Shown here: positions 9,800 through 19,345 of the stretch, one piece after another
Position numbering within the stretch: position 1 is the stretch's first letter
Layout of the letters: the number at the start of each line of letters is the position of its first letter
Assembly: GCA_963662545.2 (NCBI GenBank)
Contig: CAXXLL010000003.1
Location: 32,001-96,000, forward strand
DNA from: Gammaproteobacteria bacterium
GTDB lineage: Bacteria > Pseudomonadota > Gammaproteobacteria > Ga0077536
Direction: 5' to 3'
Length of the DNA stretch: 64,000 nt
Made by a program: the position numbers and the translations under genes
The notes under the pieces: model-generated
What the model saw: the letters and a program-made list of their open reading frames with translations, nothing else
Database searches by the model: none
What the model was told of the DNA's origin: nothing

Positions 9800-12085
9800 C
9801 TAACCACCCCTGCTTCGCCAAAATCCCCATCCCGACTCACGATACGTGCTCACTCGGATCGCATGACGCCCGACCTCGAGCCTGACGGCGCCCTGCTTCG
9901 CGGTGTTCAGCACCCGTGCACCGCGGTCGCGATAGCGTGCGACGACTTGGGCGTGAGGGAAGCCGTAACGGTTGCGGTAACCCGCGGAAACGACCGCGAA
10001 CTCTGGCCGCACGGCGTCCGCGAACGCCGCCGTTGAGGAGCTGATGCTGCCGTGGTGCGGCACGATCAAGACCTCGACAGCCAAGGCCGCGCCATAACGG
10101 TCGAGTAGCAACGATTCGCCACCGCTTTCGACATCGCCGGGCAGCAGCGCGCCGCCGCCCGATCCATCGATGGCGAGAACACAGGAGCGATCGTTGCGAG
10201 ATCCTTGATCGCGTGGGAAAGGATGCAGGATCCGGAACGACACGCCGTCCCAGGTCCAGCCGTCCGCTGCCCGGCACAGCGCCGCATGCGGTAAGGGATC
10301 GGACCGACGGCTCTCAGAAACGAGTACGCGCTGAACGGGCATGGCTTCTATCACCGCATGCGCACCACCCGCGTGATCGGCATCGGCATGGCTGATGATC
10401 ACGGCGTCAAGCCGATCGACGCCAAGCGCCTTCAAGGCTGGCAAGATCACGACCGAACCGGCTTCCGAGGGCCCACCCCACCAGCGCGGCCCGGTATCAT
10501 AGAGCGCCGCATGGCGCCTGGTCTGCACCAGGATCGCAAGCCCCTGCCCAACGTCAAACACCTCGAGTCGAAACTCGCCGTCTTCCAGAGGCCGCTGGCG
10601 CGGAAGGGCGCAGGTGCACAACAGCAGAATGCCGAGCACACGTCCTGCAACACCGCGGGGCAACGCAAGAATGGATAGGCCCAGAACGAGCAGCACGGCA
10701 CCACCCGCGTCGATTGATCCCGCGACCATAAGCCGCGGAGATACGGCCGCCAGGTATTCGAGAAAACGCCAGAGCAGCAGCCACGAGCGCGCCGCCATAT
10801 CCCACAGCAAGGGCGCGATCGCGCCATCGAGGAGTGAGCAAATAACGCCGAGAAGCGTTAGCGGAACCACGAAAGCTGCGCACCAGGGGACTGCGACGAG
10901 GTTTGCGACCGGTGCCGTCAACGACAGTTGACCGAAGAAAAGCGCCGCGAGCGGCGCGATGCCGATTGCCAGGGCGAGGTGCGAACGCCAGTGGCGGGCA
11001 AAGCCGGCGCGGTGCGTGACCGCGCCCATCCATACGAGGATTCCGGCAGCACAGAATGACAACCAGAATCCGCCCGACAAAGGGCTCAGGGGATCGGCCG
11101 TAACGACCGCCACAAGGGCCAGGGACAGGTTGTCCGAACTCAGTACGCGCCGACCTTTGAGCGCGGCGAAGCCGGCCGTTGCGACGACGATGGCAGCGCG
11201 CCGCGCGGGTACGCCAAATCCTGCGAGTGCGGCATAGGCTAGAGCGGCAGCGACCGCCATAAACCAGGCCAAACGAATCGCGGGATACGATTGGCGGTGC
11301 CGAAAACCATAGCCCCCAGCGTAACGCGACAACAAAAACGTCCATCCGGCCACCAGGGAAACGTGTAGGCCGGAGATTGCGAGCAGGTGCCCAGTCCCGG
11401 TCTGGCGCATCACATCCCACTGTCCATCCCCAAGTCCGCTACGATCCGACACCGCCAGGGCCTTGATCACCGCCGCCGTTGCGGGTACCGGGATCGCGGC
11501 ATCGATGCGTGCGCTGAGACGGCTTCGAATACCGGCTAGCGAGCGTGCCGGCGCGATGTCCAAACAGAGGTTTTCCGGATGAGCCACGACATAACCACGG
11601 GCTCCAACGCCGCGAACGAGCAAGGCGCGTTCCAAATCCCGCCCGCCCGGGTTTGCAAAGGCGTGCGGACGTTTTAGGCGCACGTAAAGTTCACACCAGG
11701 CGCCCAGTGGCGGTAGTGCAGGGTTGTCGAACCAGACGAGGGCGACGCGTCGAGGTAGCGCACGCCCGTCACGCCGTCTATCGTCGAGTTTGAGATTGAA
11801 CGAAACTAAGCCGCCGCGTCGGATGGCGAATGAGTCCACGACGCCACCCACTTTCAGCACCTCGCCTTCGAGTTCCGGCGCAACCCGATCGTCGAGGGCA
11901 CCGCTGATGCTCAGGCTCGCCCAGGCGAAACCCGCAAGCGCGAGTGCCGGTAGACGCGTCGCCCGACAAACGGCCGCGGCGGCGGCGATACTGATCAACA
12001 ATATCGCCGTTGTACTATGCGGCGGCGCCGGATTAGCGAGCGCGCTCAGAATACCGGCGAGGTAAAATGCCCCGTAAACCTGCAT
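9800..12085 (-). CDS. comEC: DNA internalization competence protein ComEC/Rec2
   Basis: HLLAISGLH, DVGQG, SHADADH, PHHGS, NRYGFPH. Confidence 0.93.
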   Translation of the reverse strand: MQVYGAFYLAGILSALANPAPPHSTTAILLISIAAAAAVCRATRLPALALAGFAWASLSISGALDDRVAPELEGEVLKVGGVVDSFAIRRGGLVSFNLKLDDRRRDGRALPRRVALVWFDNPALPPLGAWCELYVRLKRPHAFANPGGRDLERALLVRGVGARGYVVAHPENLCLDIAPARSLAGIRSRLSARIDAAIPVPATAAVIKALAVSDRSGLGDGQWDVMRQTGTGHLLAISGLHVSLVAGWTFLLSRYAGGYGFRHRQSYPAIRLAWFMAVAAALAYAALAGFGVPARRAAIVVATAGFAALKGRRVLSSDNLSLALVAVVTADPLSPLSGGFWLSFCAAGILVWMGAVTHRAGFARHWRSHLALAIGIAPLAALFFGQLSLTAPVANLVAVPWCAAFVVPLTLLGVICSLLDGAIAPLLWDMAARSWLLLWRFLEYLAAVSPRLMVAGSIDAGGAVLLVLGLSILALPRGVAGRVLGILLLCTCALPRQRPLEDGEFRLEVFDVGQGLAILVQTRRHAALYDTGPRWWGGPSEAGSVVILPALKALGVDRLDAVIISHADADHAGGAHAVIEAMPVQRVLVSESRRSDPLPHAALCRAADGWTWDGVSFRILHPFPRDQGSRNDRSCVLAIDGSGGGALLPGDVESGGESLLLDRYGAALAVEVLIVPHHGSISSSTAAFADAVRPEFAVVSAGYRNRYGFPHAQVVARYRDRGARVLNTAKQGAVRLEVGRHAIRVSTYRESGWGFWRSRGG

Positions 12086-12197
12086 TTGTCATCCATGACA
12101 ACTTCCCCCATCCATTTCTAACGACTGCGGCCCGCACCTATGCTCGCAGCCCATATGGCAGTTCAAGCTTGAAGTGTAACTCAACAAGCCCGCGATA

Positions 12198-12725
12198 ATG
12201 AATCCCAGAAGTATCTTGCGGCGTTACCTCGGAGACCGCGAATCGATCGCCAAATCCCGCGTGGCCGGTTGGCTCGGCGCGCGACTCCACGATTCCGAGG
12301 TCTGGCATCTCGGTCGACGCTCCGTCGCCGGCGGAGTATCACTCGGGTTTTTCCTCGCGTTCATTCCCCTCCCCATCCAGATGCTGGTCGCCGCGCCGCT
12401 GGCATTGACGTTCCGGGTCAACCTGCCGGTAACGATGGCGTCGCTCTGGATCACGAACCCCTTCACCTTTGCGCCCATGTACCTTTTTGCCTACAAAGTG
12501 GGCGAATGGATCACGGGGTACCCAGGCGAGGTCGGGGCGCTTGCCTTCCCAAGTTCCTTTTCAGGACTCATCGACATCCTCGGTGAGATCTGGCTGCCCC
12601 TGTGCGTGGGTTGTCTCGTTTGCGGGTGCAGCGCCGCTGCGATCGGTAATGTTTCCGTGCGCTGGATGTGGCGTGCCTATCTTCTCAACCGGCGCCGCAG
12701 GCGGCGTCTCGAACGCGCACGCTAG
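12198..12725 (+). CDS. DUF2062 membrane protein
   Basis: RRSVAGG, P-P-QM and ITNPFTF motifs; usual position between lolD and comEC. Confidence 0.85.
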   Translation: MNPRSILRRYLGDRESIAKSRVAGWLGARLHDSEVWHLGRRSVAGGVSLGFFLAFIPLPIQMLVAAPLALTFRVNLPVTMASLWITNPFTFAPMYLFAYKVGEWITGYPGEVGALAFPSSFSGLIDILGEIWLPLCVGCLVCGCSAAAIGNVSVRWMWRAYLLNRRRRRRLERAR

Positions 12726-12778
12726 CAGCCTTTCATAGGTTGGTTCTTAAGCCCGTAGTTCCCAAATACCGTTTTAAC

Positions 12779-12870
12779 GAACCACAGAGATCACAAAGGA
12801 AACCATTATCTTTTGACCTGTAAAGAGTCTTTTTTCCGTTTCTCTGTGTACTCTGTGATCTCTGTGGTTC
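12779..12870. repeat. REP-like palindromic element (accacagag type)
   Basis: 17-bp perfect inverted repeat gaaccacagagatcaca / tgtgatctctgtggttc around an AT-rich spacer, with extra ctctgtg units. Confidence 0.7.
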
Positions 12871-12908
12871 ATTGCGATCGTAAATCGGAACCGCGAGTTT
12901 ATTAACTA

Positions 12909-14605
12909 GTGTGCATCCCTAAACGCGATGCGGTTGAAATAAAAAGGAAAATTTGTCGCTTAAGGGATCGAAACCTCCGGTGGGTCGTGATCTAATGGAA
13001 CTTCAAACCTCTGATTTTCCACACAATCATCGACACCACAGGAGGGGGAATGCGTCAGAAACGCACGGCCCAAGCGAGTATATACGAGCTGTTTGCTGAC
13101 CATGACCTGGGGCGAGAGCTGCAGGGCATGTCCGAGTGGCTCGATGCTCACCCCAAGGTCCTCACGCCGGTCATGAACGATCTGTGTCGGCGGGGTTTGA
13201 AGCCCACCGGTCGACGCGGACTGTCGGCGGAGTCGGTGCTGCGCTGCGCGGTGCTCAAGCAGCACCGGCAATTGAGTTACGAGGAGCTGGCCTTTCACCT
13301 GCAGGACTCGGCGAGCTTTCAGGCCTTCGCCCGGTTGCCGGGTAATGAACGTCCGAAGAAGTCTGCCTTACAGCGGGTGGTCTCGGCGATCCAGGTATCG
13401 ACGTGGGAGTCTATTCATCGCGCCCTGCTGGCGACGGCGAAAGAGACGCGCATTGAGCCGGCACAGCGTGTACGGATTGATAGCACGGTAACGGACAGTG
13501 CCATCCACGCGCCGAGCGACAGTCATCTGCTGTGGGATGGCGTGCGTGTTGTGGTTCGTCTGCTCGCACAGGCGCGCGAGTTGCCTGGCGCGCCGGAGTT
13601 GTGCTTCGTGAACCACACTCGATTGGCGAAGAAGCGTGCGCGGGCGCTGTGGTATGCGCGTGGTGCGAAGCAACGCCAACGTCTGTATCGCGATTTGATT
13701 GGGGCGACGCGTTCAACCTTGGAAGCGGTAGCGAGGGTACGTGAGCAGCTGCTGAGCCCGGGCGTCACCGGCGTTGAACTGCCGGACTGGCTAGCGCAGG
13801 TAGCGCACTACGAAACACTTGTTCTGCAGGTGATTTCGCAAACTGAGCGGCGGGTGTTCGGCGGTGAGAAGGTCCCCGCGAGCGAGAAGTGCGTGAGCTT
13901 GTTCGAGCCGCATACCGACATCATCATAAAGGGTGCGCGCGACGTTCAGTACGGACACAAAATCAATCTGGCTTCGGGGCGCAGTGGCCTCATCCTCGAC
14001 GTGGTCATCGAGCGAGGCAATCCGGTCGATAGTCAGCGCTTCATGCCGATGCTCGAACGGCATCGAACACACTACGGGACGATGCCACGACAGGTCGCCG
14101 CCGATGGCGGCTATGCGAGCCTCGACAATCTCCGGGCGGCGAAAGCAGAAGGCATCGAAGACGTTGCCTTCCACAAGAAGCGCGGGCTCGCGATCGCCGA
14201 CATGGTCAAGAGTCAGTGGGTCTATCGACGCTTGCGCAACTTCCGCGCCGGCATCGAGGCCGGTATCTCCTGCCTGAAGCGTGCATACGGATTGGCACGT
14301 TGCACCTGGAAGAGCCTGCCGCACTTCGAAGCCTACGTGTGGTCTTCTGTGGTCGCCTACAACCTCAGCCTGCTCGCGCGCTATCAACTCGAATAGCGAC
14401 GTTCACTCGCACTAACTGACCTCCTCGATATCGTCGAACGGGCGACTTTGGGTTGCAGCGCTCTGCGGCCGGCGAACGTACTCACAATTACGCTCGAAGA
14501 GCCCTTCGACCCCCACCGAACCGCCGCTACCGCTCCAACAACCTACTTTCAACACCTCGATTTCTCCGTGCCCATCGAAGAAAATGCCTGTTTATGGACG
14601 GACAC
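12909..14605 (+). mobile_element. insertion sequence, ISNCY/IS5-like, copy 1 (1697 bp)
   Basis: imperfect 16-bp terminal IRs (gtgtgcatccctaaac vs gtgtccgtccataaac, 13/16); flanked by direct repeat taacta; second copy at 27754-29450. Confidence 0.92.
13050..14396 (+). CDS. DDE transposase (ISNCY/IS5-like)
   Basis: RIDSTV, AADGGY, RNFRAGIEAGISCLKR DDE signature. Confidence 0.93.
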   Translation: MRQKRTAQASIYELFADHDLGRELQGMSEWLDAHPKVLTPVMNDLCRRGLKPTGRRGLSAESVLRCAVLKQHRQLSYEELAFHLQDSASFQAFARLPGNERPKKSALQRVVSAIQVSTWESIHRALLATAKETRIEPAQRVRIDSTVTDSAIHAPSDSHLLWDGVRVVVRLLAQARELPGAPELCFVNHTRLAKKRARALWYARGAKQRQRLYRDLIGATRSTLEAVARVREQLLSPGVTGVELPDWLAQVAHYETLVLQVISQTERRVFGGEKVPASEKCVSLFEPHTDIIIKGARDVQYGHKINLASGRSGLILDVVIERGNPVDSQRFMPMLERHRTHYGTMPRQVAADGGYASLDNLRAAKAEGIEDVAFHKKRGLAIADMVKSQWVYRRLRNFRAGIEAGISCLKRAYGLARCTWKSLPHFEAYVWSSVVAYNLSLLARYQLE

Positions 14606-14613
14606 TAACTAAG

Positions 14614-15309
14614 CTACGGCAAGCTGTTATCGACTGGCTGCAACAGGCCGTCGTCGAGACGATAGTGCCGGTTCATGCGCGCGGCCACCTGTTCGTTGTG
14701 CGTGACGATCACGACCGCCGCCCGTTCCCCGTGACACAACTCGAGCAGCAGATCGCACGCGATCGCCGCATTGCGAGCATCCAGGTTTCCGGTCGGCTCG
14801 TCCGCAAGCAGGCACTTCGGCGAGTTAACGATCGCGCGCGCGATCGCGACGCGCTGCCGTTCGCCGCCGGAGAGTTCAGCCGGGCGATGTCCTGCACGCG
14901 CGCCAAGACCGACTCGCTCGAGGACTGCCTGCGCGCGGTCCGCCGCTTCGGCACCGCGCATCCGCCCGATGAGCAGCGGCATGGCGACATTTTCCAAAGC
15001 GGAAAATTCCGGCAGAAGATGATGGAACTGGTATACGAAACCGAGCATCTGGTTTCTGAGGTGTCCGCATTCGCGATCCTTGAGGGTGGCGAGGTTGCGG
15101 CCACACAACATCACGCAACCCGCGCCCGGCTGATCCAAACCGCCAAGCAGGTGTAGAAGCGTACTCTTGCCTGATCCGGATGCACCGCTGACCGCGACGG
15201 TTTCGCCAGCATTCACCGTCATATCGATGCCCTTTAATACCTCGATGCGGGCATCGCCATCCGCAAAACTTCGCGTAATACCGCGGCACTCGATCACCAC
15301 GTCACTCAT
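14614..15309 (-). CDS. lolD: lipoprotein-releasing ABC transporter ATP-binding protein
   Basis: GASGSGKST Walker A, LolD motif [18 protein letters not shown]. Confidence 0.95.
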   Translation of the reverse strand: MSDVVIECRGITRSFADGDARIEVLKGIDMTVNAGETVAVSGASGSGKSTLLHLLGGLDQPGAGCVMLCGRNLATLKDRECGHLRNQMLGFVYQFHHLLPEFSALENVAMPLLIGRMRGAEAADRAQAVLERVGLGARAGHRPAELSGGERQRVAIARAIVNSPKCLLADEPTGNLDARNAAIACDLLLELCHGERAAVVIVTHNEQVAARMNRHYRLDDGLLQPVDNSLP

Positions 15310-16561
15310 GCCGAAGTCCTTCGCTCGGCACCGTGCTCACCGCGAGCCAAGCGGGATAAAGCGGCGCGAGCACGCTCAACAACCCAGCGAGCACGGCCGT
15401 GACGATGAGGTCCGGCATGCGGAGTTCGGAAGGAATGTCGCTGATGTAGTAAACCTCGGGCGACAGGATCTTAAACCCTATGACCGTCTCGAAAAACGTC
15501 ACGATAGCGCCGACGTTCAAGGCCAGCACCACGCCGACGACCAAACCGACACCCACGCCGACGATCCCCGTGATCCCGCCCTGAATCAGGAACACCCGCA
15601 TCAATGCACCGCGCTCCATGCCCAGCGACCCCAGCATCGCAATGTCCGGGCGCTTTTCGGTCACGGCCATGACGAGTATCGAGACGATATTGAACGCCGC
15701 GATACCAATTGCGATCGCGAGAATACTGAACATTACGATCTTTTCAGTTTTCAATGCGCGGAACAGGTTCCGATGCATCTGCGTCCAGTCCCGGGTTTCG
15801 GCGAAACCCATATCGAGGCCGCGGAGCAGTTTCGTCAACTCGCCTCTTATGGTCGGCGCGAGTGACGCGTCTTTGAGGACCGCGCGAACGCCGTCGATAC
15901 CGGGCCCCGTACGAAACAGGCGCTGCGCATCGACCAGATGGATCAGCCCCAAACCCGAATCGTGCTCGTTCAAACCGAATTCAAAGATCCCGATAACTTC
16001 GAATCGCTTCAGCCGCGGCAACAACCCCGCCGGCGTAACAATGGGCTGCGGCGCGATCAGGGTGAGCCTGTCACCCGGCGACACCCCGAAGGCGTCGGCG
16101 AGTTCGCGCCCGATCACGATACGAAAACTCCCGGGTTCAAGCTCGTTCAGCCTGCCTTTACGCATGTGTGCATCCACGGACGTCACCCGCTGTTCGAGTT
16201 CGGGCACGATGCCCCGCACTTCCACGGCGCGAACGATGCCGTGGCGAGACAGGAGTACGTCGCGGCTGACGAAAGGTGCCGCGCCGACTACAGAGGGATT
16301 TCCGGCAACGGCGTTGACGAGTGCGGGCCAATCGCGGACGGCTTTATCGTCGGTTTCGACGACAATATGCGATGTCATGCCAAGAATGCGTTCGCGCAGT
16401 TCACCCTCGAAGCCGTTCATAATCGACAGTATCGTGAGGAGGACGGCAACGCCTAGCGCCGTCGCCACGATGGAAGTCACGGACATGAAGGCGATAAAGT
16501 GATTACCGCGGCTGGCGAATATGTAGCGTGTGCCGATGAAGGCTTCGACTGGCGAAAACAT
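15302..16561 (-). CDS. lipoprotein-releasing ABC transporter permease (LolC/E family)
   Basis: SIMNGFEGELRERILG, AAFNIVSIL, LYPAW; adjacent to lolD. Confidence 0.92.
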   Translation of the reverse strand: MFSPVEAFIGTRYIFASRGNHFIAFMSVTSIVATALGVAVLLTILSIMNGFEGELRERILGMTSHIVVETDDKAVRDWPALVNAVAGNPSVVGAAPFVSRDVLLSRHGIVRAVEVRGIVPELEQRVTSVDAHMRKGRLNELEPGSFRIVIGRELADAFGVSPGDRLTLIAPQPIVTPAGLLPRLKRFEVIGIFEFGLNEHDSGLGLIHLVDAQRLFRTGPGIDGVRAVLKDASLAPTIRGELTKLLRGLDMGFAETRDWTQMHRNLFRALKTEKIVMFSILAIAIGIAAFNIVSILVMAVTEKRPDIAMLGSLGMERGALMRVFLIQGGITGIVGVGVGLVVGVVLALNVGAIVTFFETVIGFKILSPEVYYISDIPSELRMPDLIVTAVLAGLLSVLAPLYPAWLAVSTVPSEGLRHE

Positions 16562-16624
16562 GGCTGCGAATTATAGCGAAATGGCGAAGATCATCCGTTG
16601 CGATACCGGAAACGTCCAATGGCA

Positions 16625-17290
16625 ATGAACATTCTTGCACTCGAAACGTCGGCGGATGCGTGTTCGGTCGCAGTTTACAGCGAGCGCGTGCTCGTAGAAC
16701 GCCATGAAGTAGCGCCGAGACGCCACACCGAATTGATCTTCGCCCTGATCGACGAAGCATTGGAAGAGGCGCGAATCGATCGCAAGGCGATCGATCTCGT
16801 TGCATTCGGACGGGGACCCGGTTCCTTTACCGGTGTCAGAATCGCGGCGTCGGTGGCGCAAGGCATCGCCTTCGCCCACGATCTGCCAGTCGCCCCCGTT
16901 TCAACGCTGTTTGCCCTTGCGGCCGGCGCCGCACGTCTGTTCGACGCCGCCAAGGTCGTTACCGTTACGGACGCGAGACGCAAAGAAATCTATACCGCTG
17001 CGTACGAATTAAATGAAGACCTTAGTAGCACCCGTGTAGTCGACGCGGAGAGGGTCATCGCACCCGAGGATTTCAGGCTGCCTGCAACGGCGGATTGGGT
17101 GGCGGTCGGGAACGGCTGGAAAGAATACGAAAATCGCTTCGCGCCGGCGATGATACCGCCACGGCGCCCAGACCTGCCGCACCCACGGGCGCGCGACGTC
17201 GCGCGCATCGCCGCCATCATGCACGAATCTGGGCAATCCGTTGCGCCGCGCGATGCCCTGCCGGTCTACCTCCGCAAAGGTGTCGATTGA
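16625..17290 (+). CDS. tsaB: tRNA threonylcarbamoyladenosine biosynthesis protein TsaB
   Basis: ILALETS, GPGSFTGVRI, DARRKEIY, P-YLR. Confidence 0.95.
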   Translation: MNILALETSADACSVAVYSERVLVERHEVAPRRHTELIFALIDEALEEARIDRKAIDLVAFGRGPGSFTGVRIAASVAQGIAFAHDLPVAPVSTLFALAAGAARLFDAAKVVTVTDARRKEIYTAAYELNEDLSSTRVVDAERVIAPEDFRLPATADWVAVGNGWKEYENRFAPAMIPPRRPDLPHPRARDVARIAAIMHESGQSVAPRDALPVYLRKGVD

Positions 17291-17428
17291 TCGAACGCCC
17301 AACTCGAACAAGCTCGACCATCTAGCGCCGGTACGGGGAATGTGATTTCGGCATCGTGATACCTCCTCTGCCAAGTCGTTGAGGTATCTACCAAACCAGG
17401 TCAACTCCACTACCCGACACATGAATCG

Positions 17429-18182
17429 TCATGCACGGGCCATCGGCACGCGCACGACCGAACTCGTTACCTGACCCGCGGCGCTGAGATCGATGATCCG
17501 GTAGCCGGGCGCCCTCGCATCCGCAGCGTAGCGCGTCGCCCGGGGCATGAATTGAACACAGGTCGACGGCGTAGCGAGAACCCGAACGCGCCCGCGGTAC
17601 CAGTCTAGGTTCTGGTGTACGTGTCAATGCAACGAGGCGAACGGCGGGATGCGCATCTATCGCCGACCACAATGCATCCGGCGAAACCAACCCCATCGCA
17701 TCCATCCAGGGGCTGCCGATCGATGCCGGATGATGATGCAGAAACACGGCAGCGTAATCGTCGTCGGCGGCGCCCAGCGAGCGGTTCAACCAATCGATCT
17801 GCGCCGCTTCGATCTCGCCATGCGCGCAATCATCGACCTGGGTATCCAGCAGGATCAGATGCCATTCGGCAATCACATAACAGAGCGGCGCTGGTGCGGC
17901 CGTACTCAAGCCCGATTCGGCTAAGAACCGCGGCTGATCGTGGTTCCCGGGCAGGCACAGCACCGGGACTTCTTCTGCCAGCATATGCCGCAAATATCCG
18001 TATGCCTCGCGACTGCCGTCCATCGCCAGGTCACCGGTCAGCAATAGCCCGTCGTAAGCAGGATTGAATCGATGCAGGTGCTTTATCACGCGCTCGAAAC
18101 TTGCTCGCGTATCCACGCCTTCGAAACAATCTCCGGCCTCGGCGTAGATGTGCGTATCGGTTATTTGAATAAGGCGGATCAT
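17429..18182 (-). pseudogene. cpdA: 3',5'-cyclic-AMP phosphodiesterase (CpdA-like), frameshifted
   Basis: QITDTH, TGDL, PGNHD, LHHHP in one frame; HVHQ...LATPSTCVQF...PGYRII continues in another frame after an apparent 2-bp loss near 17625 (could be a sequencing error). Confidence 0.8.
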
Positions 18183-18266
18183 GCGCGCGGCAGGTCAAAT
18201 GAGCCATGACAGCATTGGCGCACAAGGTTAGCATGAAAGGTGTTAGTGCAAAGATCGATAACGGTT

Positions 18267-18929
18267 ATGGCAAACAAAACAATCGTGCTAAATAACAGCC
18301 TTTACGACTATTACCGTGGTGTGTCATTGCGCGAAGACCCGTTGCTCGAGGCATTACGCAAAGAAACCGAAGGCATGCGCGGTGCCGGTATGCAAATCGC
18401 GCCCGAACAGGGCCAGTTCATGAGCTTGCTGGCTCGAATCAGCGGTGTAAAAAAGGCGCTCGAGATCGGCGTGTATACCGGTTACAGCGCCTTGTGCGTG
18501 GCACGTGCACTGCCACCCGATGGACGTCTTATTGCGTGCGACGTCAACCGGGAATGGACGAACCTCGCACGGCGCTATTGGGAACGGGCGGGCGTCGCCG
18601 ACAAGATCGAACTTCGGCTCAAACCGGCCAGCGAAACCTTGCAGGAAATGCTCGACGCCGGTGAACGAGGCAAGATCGACTTCACCTTCATCGATGCCGA
18701 CAAGGAAAACTACGTGCGCTACTTTGAATACGCGTTGGAACTTTCTAAACCAGGCGCGCTGATCCTCGTCGACAACGTTCTCTGGGGCGGGAAGGTCGCG
18801 AACGATACGGTCCACGATACGGACACCATGGCGATCCGGGATCTGAATGCGCGACTGCATAATGACGATCGCATCGAACTGGCAATGCTGCCGCTGGGAG
18901 ACGGTTTGACGATTGCGGTTAAACGCTGA
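18267..18929 (+). CDS. class I SAM-dependent O-methyltransferase (caffeoyl-CoA OMT-like)
   Basis: MQIAPEQGQF, LEIGVYTGYS, FIDADK, DNVLWGG. Confidence 0.9.
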   Translation: MANKTIVLNNSLYDYYRGVSLREDPLLEALRKETEGMRGAGMQIAPEQGQFMSLLARISGVKKALEIGVYTGYSALCVARALPPDGRLIACDVNREWTNLARRYWERAGVADKIELRLKPASETLQEMLDAGERGKIDFTFIDADKENYVRYFEYALELSKPGALILVDNVLWGGKVANDTVHDTDTMAIRDLNARLHNDDRIELAMLPLGDGLTIAVKR

Positions 18930-19205
18930 GCGGTTGGCAGCCCGGCTGGCGCCGTGCGCGAAAAGCATCCCAAGGGGCGACGAAATCCCAGCGCCTCCCG
19001 GCTCACGACAGCGCCATTTCCGGCGCCGCTTCCCGTCCGCAGCTCCCTTGCGCTGCCTCCTTCGGGGGCGTTCCGTGCGGTGGCCCAGGATGGGCCGCTT
19101 TGATGCCGAAATTAGACCTCGTCGCTAACGCGCTGATCTATGAAAGAAACCTCGATCTTATCCCCAGATTACGCGCAATTTTCGCATAGCTTACTCTTGA
19201 CAAAT

Positions 19206-19253
19206 ACACATTATGTTGGGGTGTTGAATTCTCTTGACCACAATCTATTGTGG
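19206..19253 (+). promoter_or_regulatory. tandem NrdR boxes overlapping the putative nrdAB promoter
   Basis: acacattatgttgggg (19206-19221) and ccacaatctattgtgg (19238-19253) resemble acaCwAtATaTwGtgt and start 32 bp apart; TTGACC at 19234 is a possible -35. Confidence 0.75.
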
Positions 19254-19345
19254 TGTTATACAGTCGCTTACGTTATATTTATAAGAAGATTTACGAGCCG
19301 TTTTCAAGCGGCCGTAACAACAGAATCTAGGCGTCTGGAGGGGCT

